Below, piece by piece: positions 1-11,629 of a stretch of DNA of 64,000 nucleotides. Within the stretch, counting starts at the first letter, position 1; the number at the start of each line of letters is the position of its first letter. The stretch is from Malacoraja senta (taxonomy: Eukaryota), in assembly GCA_038087875.1 (NCBI GenBank), contig CM075996.1:8434001-8498000 (forward strand), read 5' to 3'. The notes under the pieces were generated by a model, which was given only the letters and a program-made list of their open reading frames with translations, had not been told where the DNA came from and did not search any database. Position numbers and translations under genes: made by a program.

Positions 1-1536
1 TGAGGGGCAATTTACCAAAGCCAATTAACCTACAAACCCACACGCTTTGGAGTGTGGAAGGAAACCGGAGCACCAGAGAAAACCCACGCAGTCACAGGGA
101 GATCGTACAAACTCTGTACAGACAGGATCGAACCCGGGTCTCTGGTGCTGCAACTCTACTGCTGCGCCACTGTGCCGGCCAACTTGAATTTAGCTTGAAC
201 ACTCAAGCTGTCTCCTCAAATAGTGGTATTTACAGTTCAAATTCAACCTTACAGCTTTGATACCGTATGCATCAGTTAATAAAGAACCATATCCTAAATG
301 ACTAGTCCAGGGTCTCGACCGGAAGAAAGGTCTCGACCCGAAACATCGCCTATTTCCTTCGCTCCATAGATGCTGCCTCGCCCGCTGAGTTTCTCAAGCA
401 TTTTTGTCTACCTTCGATTTTCCAGCATCTGCAGTTCCTTCTTAAACATGTCCAGCTACCTTGAAGAGTTTGTGGACCTACACTCCAAGGTCCTTCCATT
501 CCTCCTCGTCTCCCAGTATGTCCCCTTTTATTCTCTTGTCGCTCCCCCAATAAAAGCAATACTTCACTTTTCTGCAGATTGAATTTTTCTGCCAAACTGA
601 CCTCCTGCAGTTATTGAAAGTTTCCCCCTCACTCAATGGCATGGCCAATTTTTATAGCGACACGGGCCGCTGCAGTTACTAGAATCTTGAGCAAAGAAGT
701 AAGCGTTGGAGGACTCATTGAATCCGGCAGTATCTGTGGAGGGAAAATGTACAGATGATGTCGGAAGATGGTGGCGCAGTGGTAGAGTTGCTACCTTACA
801 GAGCCAGACACCCCAGTTCAACCCTGAATATGGGTGCTGTCTGTGCGGAGTTTATTTGTTCTCCCAGTGACCGCGAGGCTTTTCTCTGGATGCTCTGTTT
901 TCCTCCCACAATCCAAAGATGTGCAGGTTTGTAGGTTGAAGAGAGAAGGAATGGGTATCTCTCCAGAGATGCTGGCTGTTCCGCTGAGTTACTCCAGCAT
1001 TTTGTGTCTATCTTCGATTTGAACCCTACCACCCCAGCAACGAACTGTTCCAGCTGCTACGGTCAGGCAAGCGCCTCCGCTGTCACGCTGTGAAAACAGG
1101 GAGGATGAGACGGAGTTTCTTCCCACAGGCCGTCAGGACTGTAAACTCTTATCTCACCAGGGACTAATTTACTGTTGTGTTGTGTCTTTAAAAAAAATAA
1201 TTCTAAAGTGTAAATACTGGTTCTGTTCTATTCTGTTCTGTTGTTTTTGCACAATCCGCAGGCATTGCCACTTGCATTTCACTGCACATCTTGTATGTGT
1301 ATGTGACAAATAAAGTTGACTTGACTTGACTTGAACCAGTTCCTTCCTACACTGGTTTGTAGGTGAATTGGCTTCAGTAAAATGGTAAATTGTCCCTCGT
1401 GTTTAGGAGAGTGTTAGTGTACGGGTGAGCGCTGGCCGGTGCCGACTCGATTCACTGCTTGTATGTGAAGCGTTTGAGTATGACCTGGATTCAAACCAAC
1501 TCTGTCAAAGCAGTCTAATTGTGATCTTCATCTCAG

Positions 1537-1659
1537 GTCGTTGACGAAGAGGATATTGAGGAGGAGGAGGAGGAGCAAGATCATATTCTACGCCCACTAC
1601 CCTTGGCAAACAAACCCATGAAAGTCACCACACTGACAAACCACTTCGCTCAAAAACGG
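1537..1659 (+). CDS. POLDIP3: POLDIP3 internal exon (acidic, VVDEEDIEEEEEEQDHILRPLPLANKPMKVTTLTNHFAQKR)
   Basis: tctcag acceptor, gtgaga donor, 123 nt, phase 0/0, in frame with the next exon; less conserved than the others. Confidence 0.75.
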
Positions 1660-4600
1660 GTGAGAGTTAGTATTTTATTCTTCAAAGTTGTTTAACGTTT
1701 CCATGAGGTTTATTACAGCAGAATAATGTGACACATTGGGCCAGAGTTTCATGTTTTTTAAGGACATGCAGTCTACTAGAGTGTTCAAAACTATGAAGGG
1801 TTTTGAAAGAATTGAAAACAGGCGCAGTGAACTAAATGGTCACCGTCAGTGGGAAGAAGGGTCCTGACCCGAAATGCCGTCTGCTGCCACTTTCAAGGTG
1901 GAATATCATAAGGTCATAAGGGATAGGAGTTAAATTAGGCCATTCAGCCCATCAGGTCTACTCCGCCATTCAATCATGGCTGACGTATCTCTCCCTCCTA
2001 ACCCCATTCTCCTGCCTTCTCCCCATCTCTGACACCTGTGCTAATCAAGAATATATCTATGCCTTGAAAATATCCATTGACTTGGCCTCCACAGGCTTCT
2101 GTGGAAATGAATTCCACAGATTCACCACCCTCTGACTAAAGAGATTTCTCCTCATCTCCTTCCTAAAAGAACGTCCCTTAATTCTGAGGCTGTGACCTCT
2201 AGTTCTAGACTCTCCCACGAATATGTTGATGACGCAGCAGCGGAGGGGGATGGTGGGAAAGAGGAGGCTGACTAGACAGAGAGGAGGAGGCGGTGGTGGT
2301 CAAACGGGAGCGGACAAAGCCACCGCCGACATCAAGAAGCAGCAGCAGGTGAGCCCCACGGCGGCCAAGCACGTCCTGTCGGTGATGGCGGCTCGAAGAA
2401 AGCGCTGTCCCCAGAGGCAACCACACGCTGGTGTTCCTAAACGCCAGGGTTCTAAACACCCGGGGAGGCGGTGAGAGCCGGGCGTGGCGTCAGCAGGTCT
2501 GTCCGCTATATCCAAAATCTGGTATAAAGGAGTCTGTTAAAACAAGGGTTTACTGTGTTTCAAATCTGAGACATACTGCGTGCCGTGTTTAGTCTGTGCC
2601 TCAAGAGTATGTTTCTAAATGCTTAAATGTTCAGCTTCAAAGTGTCATATCTGTCCAAAGAATCATCTGGTCAGAATGATATGCATAAACGGCCAAAATA
2701 AGTTGTGCGTGGGTTAAAGTTGGGGCTGTGTATCTGAATGTGTGGGTTAGATTTACGGCTGTGTACCTCTCAAGGGTTAACCCTGTTTTGTTTTACTCTG
2801 CTCCCTGCAGGTTGGTTTGTCTGCCTCCAAGCTGTCCCTTGGGAAGCCCGTTCCTCTGACCAAAGTGGTGCAGAATGACTCGTACACTGCTCCTCCGCCA
2901 CCTCCTCTCACCCTCACGCGCTCCAGACCCACAACTAACGTATCGAGCGCGCCGGCACTCGCAGCCGGGCCGGAGCCAGCTGACGACGCGTTACCTCTGG
3001 AGGTACCCACTCTTCTCACTGCACCAACTACATTGACTTCAGACTTGAGGCTTTGGAGATACAGCACGGAAACACTAGCACTATGCTACACACTAGGGAC
3101 AATTTACAGAATCCAATTAACCTACAAACTTGTATGTCTTTGGCCCGCGGGATTGTTTCAATGATACTGATGAAACTGGAACACCAAGAGAAAACTCACG
3201 TGGTCACAGGGAGAACGTACAAACAGACAGCACACAGAGTCAGGGTTGAAACCGGATCTCTGGTGCTATGAGGCAGAAACTCTCCACTGTGCCGCCCATT
3301 GATATTTAACCAAGACTTAGGAGTAGAATTAGGCCTTTTGGCCCATGGAGTCTGCTCCGCTTATCCGATCATGGCAGATCTAATTTTTCCCTCCCAACAC
3401 CACCCCATTCTCCTGCCTTCTCCCCTAACCTTTGACACCCTTACTAATCAAGAGCCTATCCATCTCTGCTTTAAAAATACCCACTGACTCGGCCTCCAAC
3501 GCCTTCTGTGGCAATAAATTCCACATGCTGCCTCACCCGCTGAGTTTTGAGTTCTGTTCCTGTTTGTGTCCTTTTCTTTGTTTTTCATCTTATGGTTACC
3601 ATGAGCATGTGATTCATTCTTACCATTGTCATCATATTTTGGCTTTTACTTGTCTCTGAAACAGTGGCTATTTTGTTTATGTATCTTTTAAGTGTAAATT
3701 GCCCTCAGCTTCCCCTATCCCCTGGCATCAATGGTAAAAGGTGTTGCAGGAGTGCCCTGCTGTCTGGTTATGTCCCTAGTGAAGCATCCACTTCTCCACA
3801 AGGCATGGCATGCAGTGGCAGTTCAGTTGTACCCTTGCGTAACCGACAGCCACAATGGCGCAGCAGTAGAGTTGCTGCTTTACAGTGCTTACAGCAGCAG
3901 AGACCCGGGTTCAATCCTGGCGACAGGTGTTTGGTGTTTGTATGTTCTCCCGTGACCTCTGCGGGTTTTCTCGGACAACTTTGGGTTTCCTCCCACATTC
4001 CAAAGACGTACAGGTTTGTAGGTTTATTGGCTTAGTATAAATGTAACAATTGTCCCAAGTGTAGTGTTAATGTGCAGGGATTGCTTGTCTGTGCCGACTC
4101 CATGCTGTGATTCTAAAACTAAAACTATACCCACTGCTGGGAGTTCATACAGTGCCCTTGAGCACTTTGGCATGGATGAAGAAGAGTCCCTACCCGAATC
4201 GTCGCCTGTCCAATCCCACCCACAGATGCTGCCTGACCCACTGAGTTCCTCCAGCACTTTGTGCTTTGCTCCAGATTCCAGCACCTGCAGTCTCTTTCAC
4301 CTGGCATGAGCGTAATCTAATCAGTCTCTGCTCTCATTCGCAGCTGAATCTGAGCCCATTGGAAGGAACAAAAATGACCGTCAACAATCTCCATCCACGA
4401 GTGACTGAGGAGGATATTGTGGTGAGTCTGATTTGGCTCCACATCTAGATCAATCAATCAAAGACTTTATTGTCATTCAAAAATACACCAACAATGCAAG
4501 TCTGAACGAAATTTTGTTGCATCTGGCTCACAGTGCAACATAAAATAACAAAAGGATAAAATAGATAATAAGATAAAATAGATAATCACATTATATGGAA

Positions 4601-7600
4601 TTCAAGAGTCTGATGGCTCGGGGGAAGAAGCTGTTGCAGAACCTGGCCGTTCTCCTCCTTATACTGCGATACCTTTTGCCCGAGGGCAGCAGAGTGAACA
4701 GTCCATGATGGAGATGTGTGGGGTCTTTTATAATGCTGTTGGCCTTAGACAAGCAACGTTTGCACGCAATGTCCCCGATTGAAGGAAGAGAAGTCCCGAT
4801 GATGTTTTCAGCCGTCCTCATCACTCTCTGCACGGACGTCCAGTTGGAGGCTTTGCAGTCCCCAAACCAGACAGAGATGCAGCTGGTCAAAATGCTCTCT
4901 ATGGTGCCCCTGTAGAAAGTGGTGAGGACGGGATGGGGGAGGTGAGCTCTTCTCATCCGGCGCAGAAAGTGCAAACGCTGCTGCGCTCTCTTAACTAGTG
5001 ATGCAATGTTTTGTGACCAGGTCAGACTGTTCGTGATCTGCACACCCAGGAACTTAGTGCTACTGACCAACTCCACATCGATGTCATTAATGTGTAGATG
5101 CGCCTTTTTGACCATTTTGCTGAGTTTTGTTCCCGTCTCTATGAGGATTTGGGAAGGGGAGGTGAACTCTCTCATAGAACCACTGCAGTCCTTCTGATGT
5201 AGATGCTCCTGAAGATTGATGGAAAGAGGGAGCAGCCTTCCCTTGTTCCTGGAAGAGTTCTGTTGCAGGGAGGGCAGTATGTCATAGAGTGATACAGCGT
5301 GGAAACAGGCCCTTCGGCCCAACTTGCCCACACCGGCCAACATGTCCCAGCTACATTAGTCCCATCTGCCAACATTTAGTCCCTATCCCTCCAAACCTCT
5401 CCTATCCATGTACTTGTCTAACTGCTTCTTAAAGCATGGAGCTTTATTGGGAAGCAAGCAGTCTAACTGATCCTGGGGTCGTGATTTACAGCAGTCAGTA
5501 GATGAAATCTCATCCAGTTCTGGGGGTTAATTGAGAAGTGAGCAGTCTCACTCTGGTCTTGGTGTGGGGGCAACTGAAAAGTTTAACTGGAAGCATTGTC
5601 TGTCTCTGTTTACCATTCCCTGGGTTACGTGGTGATGGTTATATGATACGATAAGATAGAACTTTATTTATTGCTGGAGAGAAATTGATCTGCCAACAGC
5701 CATAAAAGCACAGGATACATGAAACATCATTGCACGGAGTGTAGGCCAGCTCCATTTCTAGAGGGAGGGAGTCATCACACAGCGTGGGGAGTGGCTGCAA
5801 AACAATTCCAAACTCCATGTCAGGAGGTTATTGCAGACGTCAGACTGTGCCTCAGATCGTGGCATTGGGCTGGCGCCGTTTTATGAAGTGAATCTGGACC
5901 GTGACTCAAGTTCAGACTAAATTGTGTCTTTGTGCAGGAAGGAACTGCAGATGCTGGTTTACACCAAAGATAGACACAAAATGCTGGAGTAACCCAGCGG
6001 GGACAAGCAGCGTCTCGGGAGAAAAGCAGTGAAAATCTTAAAGCAATCTTAGGCTGAGGACAGGTCTAGACCCGAAACATCACCTATTCCTTGTCTCCAG
6101 AGATGCTGCCTGACCCGCTGAGTTACTCCAGCTTTTTGCATCCAATTTGAATCTTTGGTCAACATCAACGTTGCCAAAGGGAACTGGAAGAGAACAATCA
6201 CTAGCAGGCCAACAGACTAAATTGCTCGTTAGTTCTGACTAGGGCCTGTGCTCAGGAAGAGAAAGACGCAGGAGTGGGTGGCGCTGGAGTGTGTGTAGTC
6301 TGTTAGTGATGAGCCAAGTGGAGCAGTGGCTGAGGCTGTGATTCACTCTTTGCTCTCCCTCCCTCCCGCCCCCAGGAGTTGTTTTGTGTTTGCGGCGCTC
6401 TGAAGCGTGCCCGCCTCGTCCATCCAGGAGTGGCAGAAGTCGTCTTCGTCAGAAAGGATGATGCCATTGCAGCGTACAAGAAGTACAACAACAGATGTTT
6501 GGACGGTAAATCGGCCATTACAATATGGCTCGAAATCCTTGCCAGCTAGGTTTTTTTGTTTTTTTTAATTGATTTGGCTGAAGGTTGCAGCATGGAAACA
6601 GGCCCTTCGGCCCACCGAGTTCACGCTGATCATCACGATCGCCCGTGCACACCAGTTCTAGGTCATCCCACTTCACCTTCACACCAGGGGCAGTTAACCT
6701 ATAAAACCGCGCGTCTTTGGGATGTGGGAGGAAACCGGAGCACACAGAGGAAACGCACGCGGTCACAGGGAGGACGTGCAAACTCCACGCAGACAGCACC
6801 CATGGTCAGGATTGAACCGGGGTCTCTGAACACTGTGAGGCTGCAACTCGGGTCATACTGGTGTCTGGGAATTTGTCCTGAAATCCTTCCCCCTGCCTCA
6901 TACATCAAAACTGAAGTGAAGGGCAGGGGCCAGCGACGAACCCACCCAGGAGAGACTGGCAAAGCCTTGTTTCTTCAGGAAGTGGAGATTTTGCCCCCAG
7001 CATCTCTCCCCGCCTCCCATTCTCCTTCACGAGCGAAAGCTCTTGTAAAATGGCAGCCTGACTCCATCATTCTTTGTGGGATAAAGAGAGGGATTTGGCC
7101 GCCGATTGACAAGCCAGTCGTGGCCCCTGACTCTGGGTCCTGTCGTGTCCTCACTCTCCCAGTCCCTCTCCCTCAGGGAGGTGAGTACACACCGACTGAC
7201 TAGTGCCTCCCTTTGGCAATGCCGATGCTGACCAGAGACATAGAACGACGAGAAATGTTCAGCAAGAAATATTGCCATTGCACGGAGACTGAGGAAGGGT
7301 CACAGGATGCTGGTGTTGCACGGAGAGTGGGGGAGGTTCAGGGGCGAGTACTGTGGGACTCGCAGGGCCGGGTGTCTTCATGTGGAGTGTGAGGGCATGG
7401 GCGGCATCCCACTGCTTCAGGTGAGGCTGAGAAAGGTTTGCTGTGTGGGGAGAACAAATAAGGTGGAAGGTTCGGTTGGGGAAGCAAAGTAATAACGATC
7501 CAGCGTGGGGCTCAGAGAGAGTGTCGATCGTAAAGCTTCCAAATGAGTATGTGGACAGCCCGATGTTGGGGACGGGCAATACAGCACAGGATTTGGGGAG

Positions 7601-10019
7601 CATTGAAACTGCACGGGGTTTGGGGAATATTGAAGCTGGGTAGTTGGGGTGTATTGAAACTGCCTGTTGTTGGGGAGCCTTGAAACTGCACGAGGTTGGG
7701 GGAGTATTGAAACTGCGCGAGATTGGGGGGAACATTGAAACTGCGCGAGGTTGGGTGGTACAGTTTGTTCCGTAAGTTCTCCCTGAACATGCTCTTCTCC
7801 CCCTCACAGGTCAGCCGATGAAATGCAACCTTCACGTGAATGGTAACGTCATCACTTCAGAGCAGCCGATCCTATTGTAAGTGGCTGAATGAAAGTGGCT
7901 GTGCCCCCCACTCCCCTTCCCTCTCCCTACACCCCCTCCCCACAACTTGCCTCCCCCCTCCCGGCCCCTTCTCCCCACACCTTCCCCCCCATACACCTAC
8001 TCCCATGTCCTTCACCATATCCCTCCCCTCCCTGCACCTTCTCCCCTTCTCCCTCCCTGCACGCCCCCCTTCTCCCTCCCTGCACGCCTTCCCCACTCCT
8101 CCCCCACCCCATCCCTCCCCGCAACCTCTCCCCCTACACCTACTCTCCACCCCTCCTTGCACCTTCTCCACCCCACCTTCCTCCCCCTCCCCTCACCTTC
8201 GCCCCTTCTCCCCTCCCCTCCCTACACCTCCCCACCCCATCTCCAACCCCTCCCCGCAACGTATTCCCCCACCCCTCCTCACAGGTTCTCCCTCTCCCCG
8301 ACCCCTCTCTCCCTCCCCTCCCCACCTCAATGCTGATGAGTTCTCTTGCTACTGGTCAGTGGAGGGGGACGTGTAGATGTCCAGAAGGCATTTGACAAGG
8401 TGCCACATGAGAGGCTGGTGCTTTAGTGACGAACCCAAGCTACTGAAGGAAGTGGGTTTTTGAATAGACTGGTAACTGGCAGTTGGACTATATCTGTCCT
8501 TACGGCTGGAGGGTGTAACTAATGCAGTAACCCAGGGATCAGTTCTTGCCCTCAAATGTGTATATTTGCGTTATCGACCTGGGGAAGGGAACAAAATGTA
8601 AGCTTTCCCAGTTTGCCAATGGTACAAAAATAGGTGGATGGGCTTGTTGGGACTCCTGACTGCTCAAGGGCTTAGAAGAGGCGGCTTTTCTGTCAGAAAG
8701 CCAAAGACAGTCTACGGTTGTGCTCTCCCCAAACCCTGCACATAAGCTGCATGCTCTGACGTTTTCCTTTTGCTGTTCCATGATGATTCAATGATACTTT
8801 ATTGCCACAGGTGCAGTAAAATTCTTTGTTTTTGCACACTATCCGATAAATACAGCAGACCTCACCCAGGCAGTACACACAGAGTTGCCACCTTTCTGAG
8901 GCCAACAAAGTTACAAACAGTTAATCGAACAGTCTTGTCTTCTCGCAGAGGCCAACCAGGCCTGCTGCTGCACGAGGCGTGTAGGCAGAAACCAGTGGGA
9001 ATTTCTCAGTCATCCCCTTCCTGATGTCCAGCATCCCTCCCCTCCTAAAATAGACAAAATGCTGGAGTAACTCAGCGGGACAGGCAGCATCTCTGGAGAG
9101 AAGTAATGGGTGATGTTTCGGGTCGAGACCAAGGGTCTAGGTTCACCCGTTACTTCTCTCCAGAGATGCTGCCTGTCCCGCTGAGTTACTCCGGCTTTTT
9201 GTGTGTATTTTCAGTTTAAACCAGCATCTGCAGTTACTTCCTACACATCCCCTCCTGCATCACCCTGGCTTGCCTGAACTCAGGCCACAGGCACTGCGCC
9301 CTCCCGTGGCACTGGCTGCTGCCAAGTGCCTCTCTTCACCCTGAACTCGTGCGTGTGAATCCATCTTCCCAGAGAATCTTCCACCTACCGCAGAACAAAA
9401 CCGCCCCAGCGTGCCGCCCTTGCCTGGGTTTTGGGGAGAGGACATTCCCACGATGTCTTTGGCCTTTCCTGACAAGCAAAAGCCTCCTCATCAGCACTTA
9501 AGGGCAGCCTGGTGGCGCAGCTAGTAGAGCAGCCGCCTCACAGCACCAGAAACCCCGGTTCAATACTGACCTCGGTGCTGTCTCTGTGAAGTTTGTACGT
9601 TCTCCCTGTGACCGTGTGGATTTGCTCTGGTTTCCTCGCACATTCCAAAAGACGTGTGGGTTTGCAGGTTAATCGGCCTCTGTATTCTACCCCTAGTTAA
9701 TCGATCATCGACTACCCGCAGCCTGGACCAGCGAATGGGCAATTCTACTGCCCAGGGTTACTAAGGTGCTGAGGGGAAGGGAGGGGAGGGGAGGGGATTG
9801 AAACACGGGGGTTGTCGGTCACTGATCATCTCCGCCCTTCCCTGCAGGAGACTGAGCGACACTCCGGTGGTGAAGAAGCCCGAGATTCTCCGGAGCAAGC
9901 CTCGCCCGTCCAACCAGCCCCCGGCAGAGGTCGACCCGGAGACTGTCCTGAAAGCTCTTTTCAAATCCTCGGGACCCTCGACGTCAGCCCAGCCCACCGC
10001 TTTCAAGATCAAACTCTAA
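1537..10019 (+). CDS. POLDIP3: POLDIP3 (SKAR/PDIP46), 3' part of gene; exons 1537-1659, 2811-3002, 4344-4421, 6376-6505, 7810-7876, 9848-10019; 5' exons lie outside the window
   Basis: Exons have AG/GT boundaries and splice in frame. The product reads ...PLTKVVQNDSYTAP...LSPLEGTKMTVNNLHPRVTEEDIV/ELFCVCGALKRARLVHPGVAEVVFVRKDDAIAAYKKYNNRCLD/GQPMKCNLHVNGNVITSEQPIL/LRLSD...PAEVDPETVLKALFKSSG...FKIKL*, which is the RRM and C-terminus of vertebrate POLDIP3. Confidence 0.95.
2811..3002 (+). CDS. POLDIP3: POLDIP3 internal exon
   Basis: ctgcag acceptor; VGLSASKLSLGKPVPLTKVVQNDSYTAP...LPLE; 192 nt; gtaccc donor. Confidence 0.88.
4344..4421 (+). CDS. POLDIP3: POLDIP3 exon, start of RRM
   Basis: LNLSPLEGTKMTVNNLHPRVTEEDIV; cag/gtgagt boundaries. 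Confidence 0.95.
4449..5105 (-). mobile_element. Rex1/Babar-like LINE, 3' fragment (RT C-terminus)
   Basis: ORF 4591-5343 contains KFLGVQITNSLTWSQN...KRAQQRLHFLRR...FYRGTIESILTSCISVW...SFFPRAIRLLN; short tandem-repeat tail near 4449. Confidence 0.8.
6376..6505 (+). CDS. POLDIP3: POLDIP3 exon, RRM
   Basis: ELFCVCGALKRARLVHPGVAEVVFVRKDDAIAAYKKYNNRCLD; cag/gtaaat boundaries. Confidence 0.95.
7595..7757. repeat. Imperfect ~29-bp minisatellite (core ATTGAAACTGC) in a POLDIP3 intron
   Basis: About six variants of attgaaactgc...gggg. Confidence 0.7.
7810..7876 (+). CDS. POLDIP3: POLDIP3 exon
   Basis: GQPMKCNLHVNGNVITSEQPIL; cag/gtaagt boundaries. Confidence 0.95.
7903..8330. repeat. C/T-rich low-complexity tract
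   Basis: Runs of C with T/A spacers; produces spurious Pro- and Gly-rich ORFs. Confidence 0.85.
9848..10019 (+). CDS. POLDIP3: POLDIP3 terminal coding exon
   Basis: RLSDTPVVKK...PAEVDPETVLKALFKSSGPSTSAQPTAFKIKL*; TAA at 10017-10019. Confidence 0.95.
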
Positions 10020-10604
10020 CTGGTGCTGGCGATGCCACCCCCACACCCGGCCGGCCGGCCACAGCCCAACTCCTCTGCCTTTGTTGTGTTTAATGGTTTC
10101 CCGACTTTCTTTAAGTCCTTTCCACCTGATGCTGTCTGGAGCGGGTGACGTAGAATGAGCAGTAAGTAGCTGAGGCCCCCTGTGCTCTCTCCCAGACACC
10201 CCAGCCTCTCTCCTCCCTTCACCCCATCGATGAAGCCAGTGAATGCGCCCTTTAAGCCACTGTGCCTGACTGCATTCCTTTACTGGCGATACAGGTCGTT
10301 CCATGGGCTGACCTGAATACAGTGATTCCAAGGACCTTGGTCAATTGTCCCCTCTCTCCAGTGTAGGCTGAGCTCTGTGGGAGGCAGCTGGAGTGACAGA
10401 GATGCAGCACTTTAACCTGCTGCCCACACACTGACTCAGAGCTCCACCTCCCCCACAGGGAGTTGAGTCACTGCCCCTCTGCTCACTTTCAGCTGCACAC
10501 ACACGTGCCAAAGCTTGGACAAAGAAAGGCAGCAGAAAACAAAACTACTGGCTCGCTCAATCACCTTCCAATGTTTATAGTCCTGTTGGCTGTGTATGCA
10601 AAGC

Positions 10605-10995
10605 TGTGTGTGTCTCTGTCCATCTGTATGTGTCTGTGTGTGTGTGTCCCTGCCCGTCTGTGTGTGTCTCTGTCTGTATGCGTCTCTGTCCATCTGTGTG
10701 TGTTTCACTGTCCGTGTGAGTGTGTGTCTCCGTCTGTGTGTGTGTCTCGGTCTGTGTGTGTGTGTGTGCATGTCTGTCCGTCTGTGTGTCTATGCATCTG
10801 TCCATCTGTGTGTGTGTGTCTGTGTGTGTGTGTGTGTCGTCCATCTGTGTGTGTGTCTCTGTGTGTCTGCCTGCACGTGTTTGCCTGACTGTGTGTCTGA
10901 GACTGACTGACTATATTTTTCTGACCGACTGTCTATGTGTATGTGTGTGTGTGTGTGTGTGTCTTTCTGCCTGCCTGCGTGTGTGTGCGTGTGCG
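10605..10995. repeat. Degenerate (TG)n/(TC)n microsatellite in the POLDIP3 3' region
   Basis: Visible TG runs. Confidence 0.85.
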
Positions 10996-11592
10996 TGCTC
11001 TGCAGGGAGCTAAGTGCTGATGTGTGGGGACTGGGACTGAGAGTCTGCAATCACTGCACCCTAACTCCCACCACCCCAACCCCTCGCTCGCGGGGCTGCA
11101 GGAGGGGGGGAAGCCGCCTCGTGCTTCTCTCCGGCTGGAGCGGCCTCGTGTTAGCCCACCCGGCGGCCCGGCCGACTATCAGCAGTGGGAGGGGAGCAGG
11201 AGGCGAGCGCGGTGTTACGGGAAGCCCTGTGGAGCTGGGCCGGGAAGGGGAATGTGTCGGAGGTGCTGGGGGGGGGGGGGGCGCTTGCATTCCGGACCGC
11301 CTGGGTATCGAGTAACGAGACTCCATGCAGGCCCAATGTCCCGCTCACGATCCGACACTCACGCTCTACCTACCCACCCCTGAGAGAGTGTACGCTGTGA
11401 CTGATCCTTCCCTGCCTCCAGGTTATTCGGGGGGTGGGGGGTCTCTGTGGCTTGGTGTGTTGCGCTGGGCTGCTGCCATCCTGCAGTCTGGACCGCTGAG
11501 AGGAAAGAGCTGTCTGGTCCACCGCTCCCTCCCCCTGAGTCCTGGCATCAAACCCCAGGACCCACTGGCTGTCACGGAGGCTCCCTGCATTT

Positions 11593-11629
11593 AATAAATG
11601 CAGTGAAATCGTTTTGTAATCGCATTAAA
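11593..11629 (+). promoter_or_regulatory. Candidate POLDIP3 polyadenylation signals (AATAAA 11593, ATTAAA 11624); alternative distal AATAAA at 13986 and 14009
   Basis: First canonical hexamers downstream of the stop codon; usage cannot be determined from sequence. Confidence 0.5.

Noticed and set aside
7824..7838. 15-nt identity (TGCAACCTTCACGTG) between a POLDIP3 exon and the short repeat at about 19457, 37328 and 61850
   Set aside because: The exon encodes conserved CNLHV and the similarity does not extend further; treated as coincidence.
7840..11050. Pro-, Gly-, Cys/Val- and His/Thr-rich ORFs
   Set aside because: They are translations of C-rich tracts and TG microsatellites.
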